From Haliotis rubra (Eukaryota), in assembly GCF_003918875.1 (NCBI RefSeq), contig NW_025765316.1:124001-188000 (forward strand): a stretch of 64,000 nt of DNA, given 5' to 3'. Below the pieces are notes generated by a model that worked only from the letters and a program-made list of their open reading frames with translations, had not been told where the DNA came from and ran no database searches. A program made the position numbers and the translations under genes. Position 1 is the first letter of the stretch; the number at the start of each line of letters is the position of its first letter. Positions 1 through 14,287 of this stretch are shown piece after piece.

Positions 1-42
1 GCTCGAATACTGAACAAATTGAAAACAGCGTCATCACAAATT

Positions 43-198
43 CTAAAGAAAATCACCATTAATTCCAATTACAAATCAGATGTACTCATTTTTATCTAAA
101 GACAATCACCATTAATTCCAATGACAAATCAGATGTACTCATTTTCATCTAAAGACAATCACCATTAATTCCAATGACAAATCAGATGTACTCATTTT
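43..198. repeat. 53-bp tandem repeat, about 3 copies
   Basis: Unit ctaaagacaatcaccattaattccaatgacaaatcagatgtactcattttcat starts at 43, 96 and 149. Confidence 0.9.
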
Positions 199-1929
199 CT
201 AATGGTTCTGACATAAAGGTTACCTACCTACATTGAACGAGATAGGGTGCCGATCAAGGAATGCGCCTATATCCGGGAGTCGATATATACACCTTTGGCT
301 ATTCTCCGGACGCGGATAAGTGAAACTAGCCTGGGTTTGTTTTCGAAAATGACCTCGCCTCGGATCACGAAGAGTCTGTCTGACGTTGTTCTATTTATAG
401 CCTGGAAAAACCCACCCTGTCTGTTTACTGGCATTCGGCGCCCACATGTTGTGCTTGCGATGCAAACATACTGTCAAACATTATATTTTATTTTTCATAT
501 GATTGAATGTTTCTCTTTCCGCGCACAAATCGGGTTCAGCGGTCAACTTATGTCTTTGTGTTTTGTCAGGTACGAGAGATCTGTATATAATGTACCAACT
601 GTCAACACCATGACTCAGAGATTGATTGTGTAACCACGTCATGAATCACTAACTGTCAGATATGTTAATATGCGTGTAAACATAGGGTTTGACGGGCGTT
701 GTTGCGATAAGATATGATGGAATATTTGAGCCACTTAGGGTTACTGTATATGACCGTAGATAAAGCAATCTCATTTCATAAGCCGAGGTCCTAAACTGAC
801 CCTTAAAATCAGCATCCAAATGGTTTGTTCGGTACATAAGCCGAACTACCAACCTAGATTCATCTTCGCGTCGAGATAAGGTTCACGGTATACAATCAAT
901 ATCGCCAGAACGGGAGACATAGTGGGACACGTTCGAATACATTTTACCCCTCACCCCATGCCACCCGAATATATTTGATTTCATTCAGCTAATCAAGAGG
1001 GAACAGTCTACAACTGAGGTGAAACTAGCACAGCAGAGAGGAAACAGAAGTGAACCATCAAGACGCCGGCAGTATGTGGCAGTTGACCAAGGTCTTCGTC
1101 GTGCAAAACACGAACATTTGAGCAATGAAGTCTCTGTAATTGACTATACAGATAGACTCTCACACCTTCTATGAGAGTATGCCTGATATGATGTGGTGAT
1201 ATGATATTTACATGTGAAAATCGGTGATAAGATGAATAAGGTGCAATAACTATAATACAAGTCAGTATATGATAAAATATATTTATGTATATTTTTGAAT
1301 AATGAAATAGATATGCTTTATATATATGTGTGTGTGTGTGTGGTGATAAGTTGCAGAGGCTTGTGCAACTAACTATAATATCAGTCAAAATATATGATAA
1401 AATATATTTCTATATATTTGTGAATGTTATATATGTGTGAGGTATATATGCAAATAAGTACAGTAAAATAATAAATAATAAACATATATACGATGAAATA
1501 TATTTGTGTTGTTTTTGGTTTTATTTTGTGGTAACACCCCTGTTAAGTTTGAAATGGATTGGTCCACATGCCTACTTCGTCTAACAAGCAAAGTCACTCA
1601 ATCCTGACTATGCCTGGGTCGTCTAATTGGTACTGTTTACCTGTTTTAAACATTAGACGAAACAGGTTGATACAAATTGCCTAGGGTTTCACTCGTGTAC
1701 TCGCGAATGGGCGAGTGAATGTTGTATGGTGCCACGTAGTCTTGGGCAAAGCGCACGTCACAAATCAATGCCAGTATTGTGTTTCACAATCTCCAAAAAT
1801 GTAAGAATGTAATATGTGTATACTGTTCCCTTGTGCCACTAGCACGATTTATAGCGTTGATACTACACAATGTAAACAGAAATCTACCACAATAAAATGA
1901 AAGAAGAAAGATATATTGACGTAACTTAC

Positions 1930-2210
1930 CTGTCCTGGCTTAAAACGACTTTATAGTTACCACGAACATGTTCCTTTCTTTGTGTGCCAGTTACAAGACG
2001 CCAGTGTAGCGACGACGTGAGTAGCTACAAAGGACACCTAGACACACTAGCTCTGATTTAGTTATTGTCATAACTAAAAATACACATATTCCTCAGGAAC
2101 TGGCCCAATTCTCGACAAATGTCAGGTTTGATTCTGACGACATATAGACCCTTTTGTTCGAGGCGGAACACAAAGCGAAAGGGCGATTAGAAATTAATAG
2201 AAAGTGAATG
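1930..2210 (-). promoter_or_regulatory. Candidate promoter and non-coding first exon of a minus-strand gene continuing to the left
   Basis: Perfect donor CAG|GTAAGT at 1929. TTCCTCAGGAA at 2089-2099 and GAAA-repeat (IRF-like) motifs at about 2172-2210. Paralogous blocks at about 44266-44460 and 49695-49960. Confidence 0.35.
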
Positions 2211-3813
2211 AACTGGGCTAAACAGACTTAAGGCCATACTGGTCATGTGTAAGGGGAGTGGGGCGTGGGGCGTTTAGCAGACAGTCGTTAGACAGAGAGA
2301 ACTAGAGTAGGCAGACAGAGACATGGAGAGACAAAACCATCTCCCCATCCCCCCAACCCCGCGACATACGCACATACATACATACAAATCAACTGAAATC
2401 AATTACCTCGCGCCTCACTATCAGCCGTCTGTTGCTATCCCTACAGCACAACGCAGCACGGCTAGCTTGGTGTGAAGCTCTACGCCAGTGGTATTAGATG
2501 TATTTGGGGCGGGTCTACTGGTCGCACGAATGTGGATTTCCTTCATTCATGACAGATCACTTAGTTCGTGTTTGGCGCTGCATATCCACAGTGGATTATC
2601 TTGGAACAGGTACCGTGTGGCGGGGGTCATTGATGCTGTGGAGTGCCTCTCATATGACCGTAAACTTGATCTTGTGACGATCAGAAAAAATCCATCGCTA
2701 ATACATCGTATGTCCATGACCATCCTCTGAATGTAAGCCCGGTCTTCAAAGACTCATTGTAAACAAGAGAAGAGGACAGAAATGCCGATAGATACCATTG
2801 TCGCTGAGCGTGATATTGAGTCAGTCATGGCGTCACGCAGCACGGAAGCGTTCACAATTTCGTTTGCATTTACGAAATAATTGCCACAGTTTTATGCATG
2901 AATATTCTAAAAGTATTTAACCAAACACGTGCAGTTTTATAATGTATTTCGCTTGATTTCATAATGGGGAATTCGGTGATGTATTTGTTGCAGCTGAATG
3001 TGAAGTGTACGTGACATTATAGGCATCTCATGATCGTTGAAAAATAATTTTATAAATCCTATCCAATATTGCGGAATTCGTACTTGTTCGTGTTTGCATG
3101 TTTAGTATGACTGTGATACTGCTGAAACAAATATGTTTATATCATGATTATACATCCTTTCCTTATTCCTTAGTTGTCTCCCTTAATCGCACCAGGATCC
3201 GCTTACCGTCCGTTCAGTACCAGATTCGGTGTAACCGTGTTCAGCATGGTATCTGTTCTCCATGGGTTTTATTAAAAACGGTGCGCAATGTTGGCTCTTC
3301 TCCCTTCAACAATTAGAGACGCTGTGGGTCATCACACTAACAACATGTATCGAAAGGATGGGAAAAGTTTCCTTAGGATACAGAATTTTGCCTCACTGGT
3401 GATTAAAGTTTTGTTATTAATGATACTGTGAACTAGGTAAAAATGAAAATGGACTGACAATGGGGTTTGAAAGAGTAATATGTAAGTGACGAATTATAGT
3501 AAGTAAATGAAAGTTTATTAACACATTGACACTGAGCTTCTATCATAAAGTGAAGATTACTTCGGGTAACAAACTACTAAAAGAAGAAGTTATGTCTGCG
3601 TCAAAGCGTCTTACAAAAGCAGGTAAATAGTTTACTTAAGCATAACTTTATATGTAAACATTTCGAAGGGATAGAGCGTTACATTTATGATTGGAATTAC
3701 ATGAATACTGGAATGATATTTTCAAGCACAATTTTGTGAATGACATAACTTGCTATAAGAGCCCTCAACTGAGCAGTCTGGCATCTCTTCACATTTACTC
3801 CGCAACAGTTCGT

Positions 3814-4964
3814 TCACTTGAAGAGTTTCTTGAAAACCTTCCCAGCGGCTGGAATGATACGTGGGAGAAGATCTCCAATGAATCCTGGCAGTGCAGATCC
3901 AAGAAGGCCCATTATTCCAGGTTTCTCCTCATTGACTTCTTTTCTCACCACCTCTCGAAAATCTGGCTTCTCTGCCTCAAGTTTCTTAATGACTTCCCCC
4001 TCTCTCTTCTTACTCTCAAACTCCATCTGTCTCTCTGATGCCTCCTTTCCTATCTTCATTTCTTTTATGGCTAATTTCAGATCTTCCATTTCCTTTGAAA
4101 GTGCAGCCATCTCACTCTCCTCTTTCTTCTCTGCTTCTTCAACTTTCTCTCTCTCTAGTGTTTTTATTCTCTCCTCCAGTTGCTTCCTCATATCCGCGTC
4201 TTCATCGTGTTTCATCTGAAGCTTCAGCTCGAACTCTCGCCTGATTTCATTTCTCTCTTCCTGGATCTTCTGTTCATGTTCCTGTGTCAACTGTTCCTCC
4301 CTCATCTTCATGTTCTTCTCTGCCTCAACATACATTTCACTTGTGTAACATTTGCCTCCGTTGTCAAGGAACACCTGGTCAACCAGTGTGATGAAGTCTT
4401 TGACATCCTGTTCCTTCTCCGCATCACAGCCTCTGTTGTTGAAGGCGATGCATCTTTTGCGGCACGACTTGACTAGGGCTTGCAGTTTTTCGGGTACTTT
4501 CTTTAAGTAATCATGTAGGGATTTATTGTCATGATTTAGATCATCTTTCCTGGTGAAGAGAACAATGAGATAGTTCAACATGTCATCTCCGAAGACCTGT
4601 CTGAAATGAGCAACCGTGTCCTGTTCCTCTTGGGTAAAGCGGTCAATCCTGACAACGAGGACAAAGGCATGAGGACCAGGAGCTGTCATGCCGACACATT
4701 TCACCACCTCCTTAGTGATTTCAGCATTTGTCATACCTGTATCGAACAACCCAGGACTGTCGATAATGTGAATATCCCGATTAAATCTGGAAGCTCTCCC
4801 TCTCTGGCACCTTTTGGTAACAGATGATCCACTGGCACTTGATTCAAAGGCTGCATTACCCAGGATGCTGCTTCCGGTTGTACTTTTTCCTGACCCAGTT
4901 CTTCCAATGAAAACTAGCCTTCTTTCAATGATGGGACAGTCAGCTGACCACTCACACCCACCTC
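3814..4964 (-). CDS. GIMAP-A: terminal exon, AIG1/GIMAP GTPase + coiled coil + C-terminal amphipathic helix
   Basis: G1 GRTGSGKS, G2 SVT, G3 DSPGLFDT, conserved box PGPHAFVLV..RFTQEE, G4 TRKDD, AFNN. Phase-1 acceptor ttgcag| at 4966-4965. Spliced model 9462-9459 + 6750-6595 + 4964-3814 = 1311 nt, 436 aa. Confidence 0.95.
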
Positions 4965-5059
4965 CTGCAATGTACATCATAATGCTATGTAATGTCTTGG
5001 ACAAGTATAAAATAATAATATATGAAACTGTATATTAACGCATCTCTTTGTGCTTCCGG

Positions 5060-5298
5060 TTGTTTGTTGTCATTTGATGTTTAACGCCGCACTCAGCAAT
5101 ATTCCAGCTATATTGCGGCTATGAGTAAATAATCCAGCTGGAGCCAGATATTCCCGTGAACAACAGCATGAACATCGATCTTCGCAAATGGGATACGATG
5201 CCATGTTTTTAACAAGTCAGTGAGCCTGACCATCCGATCCCATTAGTCGCCTCTTAGGTCAAGCATGTTGAAGACCCATTTTTACCCGGATCTTCATT
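5060..5298 (-). mobile_element. Dispersed SINE-like repeat, family B
   Basis: Reverse complement of the about 235-bp element at 27649-27885, 37540-37770 and 52030-52262, including the gctggaatattgctgagtgcggcgttaaa tail. Confidence 0.75.
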
Positions 5299-5838
5299 TC
5301 TGTAGATAATATCCTTTAATTAGGTTATGACTGGACTATAATTGATAGGGTAGGCAGGTTCAGTTATATGTTTTCCTGCTTGTCTTCGTACCCAACAGCG
5401 TGGAACGTTGGTGATGATATCGGTTGGCCTTGTTCTGGTTCTGTTACTTACAAGCCACTAGAGGGCGCGACGTAAAACCCAATACATGTAGTAAGTGGTT
5501 ACTGTCAGTAATAAGTCTATATTCACATAAACAAAGAACACAACAATTTCTGAAAATACAGACTATCACGTATTCCATGTACGTACGCCATGTGTTATGG
5601 TCACTTGAAACGAAGGAATTAACTCAGGAAGGAACATTCTTGAATTCTACTGTCTAGAATCATTATATTGTCAGAGGAATATAATTGGCACTTTGTGAAA
5701 TAGTTATGTATTGTGGTCGGCACAGGCAGTGGGCAACAGTATCGGGTATAGTGGAATATTACACGGAACAATTACACGAAGAGTTTGGCAGTTTGATTCA
5801 TGCAACACAATTACGGGCCCTAATATAATATGTAGAGA

Positions 5839-5950
5839 ATACTACACGAGGTCTCATTACATACGAATTATACGAAACAAGTGTCCTCCAGAAACCATAG
5901 CAAGGTCACGAGTTTCGTTTAATTCGTATGTAATGAGACCGAGTGTGGTA
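5839..5950. repeat. About 40-bp inverted repeat (hairpin), probably part of a non-autonomous DNA element
   Basis: atactacacgaggtctcattacatacgaattatacgaaac pairs with gtttcgtttaattcgtatgtaatgagaccgagtgtggtat across a spacer of about 33 nt. Confidence 0.7.
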
Positions 5951-6594
5951 TTTTATTTATTACCCACGTCTTACATGCAATCAATTTTCAAAATAGTGTA
6001 TTTTTGTTATTGTTATGGTTTCACACCGAAACCGGTTTCATAAAGAGGTTGCGGAAGAATTTTGTTCTGTAGTCACTTTTGCATGACGTGGCACTGTATT
6101 TTTGTCACTAAGCCATTCTCGTCTGTCCCCTTGGTAACCGACGTCACGATGCATGTCAGTTGTCATCGCCTAAACTACTCCGTAGCACCATTTACTTGGT
6201 TTGCGGTTGCTTCACTCGGCTAACATCACAGGTGGAACCATTGCGTTTATGTGTTTCGACGGATATATTGTCTCAGTTCGACTCACAATTAAACAGTGAT
6301 ACGGCAACTTTCGCAATGTTTACATACCCACAATGCATATAATTTGTAGAATGAATCCATTCACGTGTTTGTTATGAATGGACAAGTAGTTCCGTCACAA
6401 CGTGACCTAACTGAGAGGTCATCGGTTATCCAATCAAATCGTTAGAATCTCAGGTCAAGTCGTTACGACACAGGTCAACGCGATACGACACTCTTGTGAC
6501 GTACGCGGTTAGTATGCAACTACCCATACGTTGACCACGTGGGTAATACATAACCTTACGTTTTGTAGCAGCTTTGATCCGAAATGATCGTTAC

Positions 6595-6750
6595 CTCTTT
6601 GCTGGTCTGTTTGGCGGGGACCTATCGGTTCTGGATTGTCCACATTAGGTAGTCCAGGTAGTTGTCGTGGTTTAGACGTGTCACATGCATTGCAGTAGTC
6701 CAGGACGCCACTGTTGACGAATGTGCAGGTTCCACACGTCCATTCCTCAT
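6595..6750 (-). CDS. GIMAP-A exon 2: RanBP2/NZF-type zinc finger + Pro-rich linker
   Basis: 156-nt exon, aag|...G|gtaac, phase 1-1. Translates DEEWTCGTCTFVNSGVLDYCNACDTSKPRQLPG..., matching W-x-C-x2-C-x3-N-x6-C-x2-C. Not in the ORF track. Confidence 0.85.
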
Positions 6751-6825
6751 CTTCAAATAGACACGAGGGGTTTCGTCAGTTCGCAAACTAACACATTAAG
6801 TGTTAAATATAGGATATATATTATA

Positions 6826-8313
6826 CACATGAGCATAAACTGAGCACCACTATAACCGAAAGGCATTTTTTGTCGAACCAGTATCATACCATGCATACTG
6901 GAATGTATATTAAAACACGTGTTCAATACAATCTCTCTGAAGCTATGAATTGCATGTTCACGTGCTGCGATGGTGCCAAGAAGACTGGGGCATAAATGTC
7001 ATAACGTCAGTATGTGCTTAAGAATTTCTTAACAATGAACTTTTCTTGACATGGCAATCCACACACGTTCAGAAGACAGACGATGACAATTTGTTTGCAT
7101 GTATGACACAGAGATGTCCTGTCGAAGCCTCGGTGCTACCATAAACCACACAGTTATTAGTGGACCTGTAAAGGAACACGTGATCACTGGTGAAGTAAAG
7201 GATCGACTAAGACCTGGACGACCGAGGGGGGCGGTGACCGTGATGACTGAATCCTAGTTAAAATGTCAAGATGCAGTCCCTTGACCCATACCGCCAAAGG
7301 AGAGTGTGAATCCCAATCGTTAACGGTATCATCAAGACGGACGGACGCTAGTGATAGTCTCTTCCTCACTAACAGACAAAGATAGGAATATCTGGTGTCG
7401 TGCAGACTCCGAGAAACTGCAGCATGAGGACAAGGCGTAGTGTTCATTAGTCTGATGAACCTCGCTATTGACTACACGTTACCGACGGCCGTTGTTGCAT
7501 ATGGAGACGTCGTTACGAGGCATATCACCAGGAGATTATCCATGCATCTGAACCTTTTGGTAGGGGCTCAGTCATGGTGCGGGGTTGCGATTCGTATGAC
7601 TGCATGTTGGATAACGTTACAGTATCTGGGACACTCAATGATCAACGTCATAAACAGGAAGTACTGGATACCGCCGTCGTGCCACATTTTGATAACAGTC
7701 CCCTTGCCAGTCGTCCGGTATTCATGGATGACATCACAAGACCCTACAGTTCACAGTTCATCGCCCCTTTGGAGAATTACGCCATGGAAACATTACCATG
7801 GCCAGCAAGGAACCCAAAGATGAACGCGAACGTGACCGTACCAAAAACTTTCGATCATAGAGATCCTACTGTTTACAGTTTCCTGGAACTGAAACAGACA
7901 CTTCAGGGGGAATACCAGAGGATTCCGATGCTGAGAATTCGACGTTTGATAGCCATTATGAGGAGGAGACTGTGCGAGGTGTTGATACACCAGGTACACT
8001 CTGCGACTGTTGTGGTTCATACAGTCACAGCATTATCACTTCTTGAGCACAACATTATCATTTCTTGAGAACTGTTTGGCAATCTGTCATGGTAACCATT
8101 GTTCCCTACATTGTTGACACATTGTTTTTGTGTATTCCTCTCAGATTCCTTGTAGATTTATACCAAATTTAATTTTCATTTTTGTTTTTGGTTCAATAAG
8201 AGAGGAACAGGTACGATTTTAATTGTGCTGAAAATTTCAAACCATATCCAGCATGCAGTGTTTCTGTAACTGTCAAATAAAATAGTGGGTGATGCTTGAT
8301 AAATGATCATGTG
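6826..8313 (+). mobile_element. Decayed Tc1/mariner DNA transposon in GIMAP-A intron
   Basis: Degenerate TIRs (cacatgagcat... / ...atgatcatgtg) with TA on both sides. Interrupted DDE transposase: SDE, VWRR, GSVMV.G, FMDD..RP, LPWPARNP.MN (ORF 7574-8068). Confidence 0.85.
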
Positions 8314-8729
8314 TATATAATAAAGTACTCTGTGCATCGTTATATAATTTCATGTTTATACAAAAAACGAAACAAAACAAATTAAAGCAAATTTGAAAAT
8401 CACAAAACTATTAAGCAAGTGGCCCATTTTAAAAGAGTTAAGGTTGTTATATACGCAAAATAAAGACCTTCTGAAATTTCGCTATGGACACGAAGTCGAT
8501 CCGCGGTAAACTTTGATGTTGAAGGCGTTGCTAGAGTCACGCTAATCCGCTAGTAGGTGTTGTTTCAAGATTTTCCATTACCGGAGCATTGTGTAAGGCG
8601 TGAACATAGTTCACTCAACATGTCATCAATGTTATCATACATATGAGAGTGAATTCACAATGATGAACATATTTAAGGAAGGAACACGCGGTAGTTTGCT
8701 TTCAATTTCGATATGGCAAATACACAATT

Positions 8730-8901
8730 ACATCCAGTGGTGGAAGATACCTGTGTGTTGGTGGATTTATAAGTGAAGCGAAATTGGATATCCTGGAAGT
8801 GCACAGAAAAGAAGTGTAATTTCACTGCGTCAACTGTCAATGACATTGTGACGATGGTGACAGGTGACCATGCTCATTCCCGTGTCCAAGTAGACATAAA
8901 G
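8730..8901 (+). mobile_element. FLYWCH zinc-finger remnant (Mutator-like transposon fragment)
   Basis: Frameshifted translation TSSGGRYLCVGGF../..WISWKCTEKKCNFTASTVNDIVTMVTGDHAH fits the FLYWCH pattern. Confidence 0.55.
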
Positions 8902-9458
8902 GTAAGCATCTTGTCAATGCCTGATATCAATCTGTTACTAAGGAAAATATAGAAGTAAAATAGATATATCAAATCTGAATAATGTACGTGACCATGTTTT
9001 TCATATCGTTTAATAGATTTTGTTAACAATTCTAACAATTTATATATAGCAGTAGAGTGGTGTAACGTGGTCTGTGTAAAAGAATGTGTAAAAAGAAATA
9101 ATAAATCTACTTTTACTATCTTTCAGATAAACCAGTTTGCAAATGGTGCATCTCACCTACTTCCTGTTGGATGATTTTGTATACGAAATAAAATGGACGA
9201 ATTATAGTACTTTTCTCCTGTTGTCTGTGTTCTCAACCGCATAATCTGGATTATCGCCTTGTGAAAACACTGGATTATTTCTTTGTCTTTTCTAATCCCC
9301 TGTTAATTGGTATAAGGTCAAATGGACAGGACGTCGACCTTAACTGAACCGTGACATTTCACCCAAGGGTCGACGTCCTGTGCAGACACCCCACTCACAC
9401 ATGCCGGTTGCGGTCTTATATTCCGGTTTACCATCTGAACTAAATAAGTAGCACTTAC

Positions 9459-9462
9459 CCAT
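9459..9462 (-). CDS. GIMAP-A start-codon micro-exon (coding ATGG; whole exon 9459-9505)
   Basis: ttatcag|...ccaccATGG|gtaagt: strong Kozak context and perfect phase-1 donor. Gives MDEEWTC. Same layout as the GIMAP-B start exon. Confidence 0.7.
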
Positions 9463-9517
9463 GGTGGAAGTATCACAGGATGTCTTGGGCCGGCAGTTCA
9501 CCAATCTGATAACAGAA

Positions 9518-9680
9518 GAGTGAGTGAGTGGGTTTAGATTTAGGCCGCCTTTAGCAATATTCCAGCAATATAAGCGCGGGGGTCACCAGAAATGGGATTC
9601 ACACATTGTACCCATGTGGGGAATCGAACCCGTTGTTTTCGGCGTGACGAACCAACGATTTAACCACTTGGCTACCCCGC
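9518..9680 (-). mobile_element. tRNA-derived SINE, family A
   Basis: Reverse complement of the 50535-50732 element, with A/B boxes and (actc)n tail. Confidence 0.8.
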
Positions 9681-10481
9681 TGTCAGAAGAACATTTTACA
9701 CATGCTGTTGAGTGCTGCACGTAGCTATAGTCTAGTTATGTATATGAAGACTGTAAATTATGAAATCTAAACTCATATTATTTATACATAATACTAACGA
9801 GGCCAAACGCCAATGGTACATCTGTGTGTGTACCATCCATTACATTGTTACATTTCTTACATTCAGTACATGGAATATGTAGTATCTATAGTATTGCTAC
9901 AATCCCATCACACCAGTGTACGATATTTATTACATCTATATGCTGTGTGACCCCTTCGTGTATTTTTTCTAATGTCTTTATGTATTGGAAAAACGAGTAG
10001 AATATATAAAGTCATTAGGCTGCTACATATCTGCTCGTTTCAATGGCAAGCTCATGTTACAACGAATTCGTTAGAGGACTGTTTGAAACCTTTGGAAATG
10101 TACATCTAAGAGAAAGTGTTCTACGGAACAAAACCAATTTAACCGATAAATCTGGACCAGAAAACCCAGTGATCGATATTATGAGCACCACCGGGTACAA
10201 ACCACCGGGTCTTACCACACGACATGGGGCAGGTGCTTTATCCACTAGGCCACGAATATAGTAGACTGATAACAGGTGACTACTGGAACAGTTGGGCGAG
10301 ATCGGTGAATTCGTCCATAGCGTCTTTAACACGTCATCGTATCATTGCTTTTCATGATGTCAATCACTGGATCGTCCAGACGACATATAGCTGGAATATT
10401 GCTAAGTGACAGACAAGATCTTAATGTGTTGAGGAAGACCATAGGAACGTGGGTCGATGCTCATAAATACACAAAAAGATA

Positions 10482-10619
10482 NNNNNNNNNNNNNNNNNNN
10501 NNNNNNNNNNNNNNNNNNNNNNNNNNNNNNNNNNNNNNNNNNNNNNNNNNNNNNNNNNNNNNNNNNNNNNNNNNNNNNNNNNNNNNNNNNNNNNNNNNNN
10601 NNNNNNNNNNNNNNNNNNN
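10482..10619. other. Assembly gap
   Basis: Run of N. Confidence 1.
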
Positions 10620-10914
10620 CTACTACTACTACTACGACAGCTGCTACGTCTACTCATGTGCTAATGCAAATCAACCCAGGCAACGAAATGGAGGAAGTCA
10701 AATATTTACATACCTTTGTGGACCAAACTGATTATAACGAGATTACACAGCTCGGTCGGGTACAGAATAAATGAGTACATCTCCGCCTTTCGTGCAATAA
10801 AATATGGTTCAAAGTGGAAATTACGTCTGTAATCAATATCAATTTCCTTGTTCAATGACCTGAAATGACAGACAAAAACCATCACCATCCCTGGGGTCAC
10901 GGGATCACGGAATC

Positions 10915-11797
10915 ACGTGGTTACTGGGGTTACGGGGGCACAGGGGTTACGGGGCACTGTGGTTATGGGGTACCGTGGTTAAGGGGCACTGTGGTTACGG
11001 GGTACTGTGGTTACGGGGTACTGTGGTATTGGGGTACTGTGGTTACGTGGCACTGTGGTTACTGGGCACAGTGGTTACGGGGTACAGTGGTTATGGGGCA
11101 CTGTGGTTATGGGGTACTGTGGTTACGTGGCACAGGGATTACGAGGTACTGTGGTTAAGGGGTACTGTGGTTACTGGGCACTGTGGTTACGAGGTACTGT
11201 GGTTATGGGGTACTGTGGTTACGGGGCACTGTGGTTACTGGGTACTGTGGTTACGAGGCACTGTGGATACGTGGCACAGGGGTTACGGGGTACTGTGGTT
11301 ACGGGGCACAGGGGTTAGGGGCACTGTGGTTATTGGTTACTGTGGACACGGGGTACAGTGGTTATGGGGTACTGTGGTTATGGGGTACTGTGGTTATGTG
11401 GCACTGTGGTTACGGGGCACAGTGGTTACGGGGCACAGTGGTTATGGGGCACTGTGGTTACGGGGCACTGCGGTTATGGGGCACTGTGGTTATGGGGTAC
11501 TGTGGTTAAGTGGTACATGTACTGTGGTTATGTGGCACTGTGGTTACGGGGTACAGTGGTTACGGGGCACTGTGGTTACTGGGTACTGTGGTTACGAGGC
11601 ACTGTGGATACGCACTGTGGATACGTGGCACAGGGGTTACGGGGTACTGTGGTTACGGGGCACAGGGGTTACGGGGCACTGTGGTTATTGGTTACTGTGG
11701 ACACGGGGTACAGTGGTTATGGGGTACTGTGGTTACGGGGTACTGTGGTTACGGGGTACTGTGGTTACGGGGCACTGTGGTTATGGGGCACTGTGAT
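10915..11797. repeat. 16-bp minisatellite (ggggtactgtggttac)n
   Basis: Directly visible tandem array; produces spurious GYGVLWLRG ORFs in all three frames. Confidence 0.95.
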
Positions 11798-12279
11798 TAC
11801 AAGGGCCCCACTTGTAGAAGGTACCGAACATCGCCTAGTCTGTCTCGCAGTCCCCGAACCACATTATTTGCTTCCCACAAAGCCCTTGCTGTAATGCTGT
11901 AGCACTAAATAAAGCAAAAGTCGATTTCATGTAAGTTCTAAATCTCTCATCTTACATGGGTTCAGTATGAATGTTTTTCCATAAAAAACATATGTAATTA
12001 TTTGCTTTAGTCTACGGTTTGCTGAGTTTTCTGCATCACAGCGCTAAGATGGGATTCGCTTTGAGGATATTTCCTTATGTAGTAAACCCGGAGTGGAGAA
12101 CATCAGACGTTGATTATAGAATATTCGCTGAACCACGTTCTAGAAACGGTTTAGCGGCTGTCACAGCTGTTAAGACCGCCAGGCAATACTTGTAACTGAG
12201 CTTGGATGCTTGTTACTATTTTCACCAAATACAGATGCATCTGTATCGTGGATGTGAGCATCTGCTACAACCATCAATG

Positions 12280-13000
12280 TCATTTGAAATTTACCGAAAA
12301 ACAATATGTGAAATACTGTACTTTCTCATTGATAACGTCTTGTGAAATTTGGGGGGTAAACATTTCGCCAAGAAGTAGGCATCCCCATGGGCACCAATTG
12401 TCCTCCCCTCCTTGCGGATCTGTTTCTTTATGCATATGAATCAAAATTTCTGCTTGGGTTGGCAAACTCAAAACAAGCTAATTTGGCCAAGAAGTTTAAC
12501 TTACGCTTCCGGTACATCGATGATCTAATATCGTCCAATAACCATCAAATAACCAATTCTCTTCATCTGATTTACCCCAAGTGTATGACAAGGGGGGTGA
12601 TTTAAACTTTCCAATAGCCAACTTCCCTTTCATGTCAAGCAATATTCCACTAGCTTCAGTCTTTGGTGTTTAGACTTCATAACTTGTGAGGTACAACGAG
12701 CATGCTCTTTTTACGAAGATTTCAGAAGAGCGTCATGCTACTCTTGCTCAGAAGGTTTTTAATGAAGGTTACAACATCCGAACCCTTCAGTAAAGCTTTC
12801 GAAACGTTTAATTGTAGACATGTGGAGGAACTTCCAAATTTGATGCATCAGTGACACAAATGATGTCCGATGCAATTATCTATTTTGACTGTAACATACG
12901 TTCCCGAATTTCTTTCAATTAACTATACTTTGTCTATGTTTATGACGGGTGTCACCGGTGAGGCGGGATACGCTCACCTATTCGCGAACACCTGGTATCA
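12280..13000 (+). mobile_element. Penelope-like retroelement reverse-transcriptase fragment (pseudogenised)
   Basis: GIPMGTNCPPLLADLFLY, FRYIDDL and YDK..D.NFPIANFPFMSSNIP motifs, with stops, frameshifts and an internal deletion. Confidence 0.8.
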
Positions 13001-14287
13001 TCACTATTTCATAGTGATTCATAAACACATGCTCTGTCATCGTATCACTGGATTGTCTGGTCCAGACTTGATTGTTTACAGACATTATCCTACAGCTGTA
13101 ATACTGTTAAAACAAATAAATTACATACTCAAAATATAGTCACAATTGTACAATCGACTCTGCTTTCAGCATATACTTCTTATGAATATGGAAAGGGTTT
13201 TAATCGCCTCTATTTCCACTCTACTAACACCAAGTTTTAGTTTACATTTCCTTATTCAAGATTTATTACTGCATACAATGTTCTTCCGCTTTCGCGTTGG
13301 TTATTTGTCCCATCTCCTTCCTCCACTGACAACGAAATTAATATGTTTTTAATTAGCTAATGTCCGTGACAATATAAACACGTTACAAATACAATCGTGT
13401 GTAATTGTTGCTTGCGGAAGTTGTATGCGATGGGGCTTTCCACCTTTACATGTGAGGATGGATGGACAATGAGAACAACGTGTATTCGGGTCATCTTCAC
13501 ATTCTTTTGAACTTATCACGGTTTTTGAAAGAGGATTATTTTTTAATTTTTTATGGATATAGTCGGGGATTAATTTTCTTGGGAACATGTACACAAGCTA
13601 AAAGTGCATTGTTCTGGGTAGATACATTTGCAATGTATAGATTATTTTACATCTGTAGCAATAATATTTTCTCTAATTTGTTTCGTTAACGTCCGAAAAA
13701 TATATTCATTAGGACATTAGATACAATATGTAAACACACTGATGCACAGAGCATCGTCTCAGATATCTGAGTTTTGGGTGAGTGAGTAAGTTAAAATTTA
13801 TAGATTCTTTGGCAATGTTTCAGCCTTATCGTGACTAAATCAAGTTATAGTTTGATACAAATTAAAGGTACATTATAAAAACCTGTCAACGATGGACAGT
13901 AAAACAAATAGATTATCACAGACAAAATTTAAAACAAGTAATTAAATCAAAGACATTGTAACTATACATGACAACATGACACTACAATATACAAACAGGC
14001 TATAGATTGCCAACAACTTAAGGTAGATCACCATACCAGGGACTAACTGAGTATTGCTTTGTACCACAGTTCAGTCACATTCTAGCAACATCAGGGTTAG
14101 TTCAACCACTCTACACATGTAGGGAATAGAACCCAAACAATTTATATACTGGGCCGCCCTACCACCATACTAACGACACAGAAAACTTTTCGCAAAAAAT
14201 AAATAACAAAGCACAAAAATGAATAACGAAACACAAATAAAACAATATAAAGAGTTGGTAAGTCATGTAAGTAATGAATAAATCTTG

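Noticed and set aside
3818-5038. Plus-strand ORFs overlapping GIMAP-A (and equivalents at GIMAP-B, -C, -D, -E and the Schlafen exons)
   Set aside because: Antisense shadows of real coding exons.
5390-5445. Possible extra linker exon in GIMAP-A (EPEQGQPISSPTFHAV)
   Set aside because: The only nearby GT donor is phase 2 and the acceptor is weak, which is incompatible with the phase-1 chain.
10345-10774. ORFs spanning N runs (also 27227-27622 and 36222-36440)
   Set aside because: Artefacts of assembly gaps.
10865-11902. Long Gly/Trp/Cys-rich ORFs
   Set aside because: Translation of a 16-bp minisatellite; open in several frames with the same periodic text.
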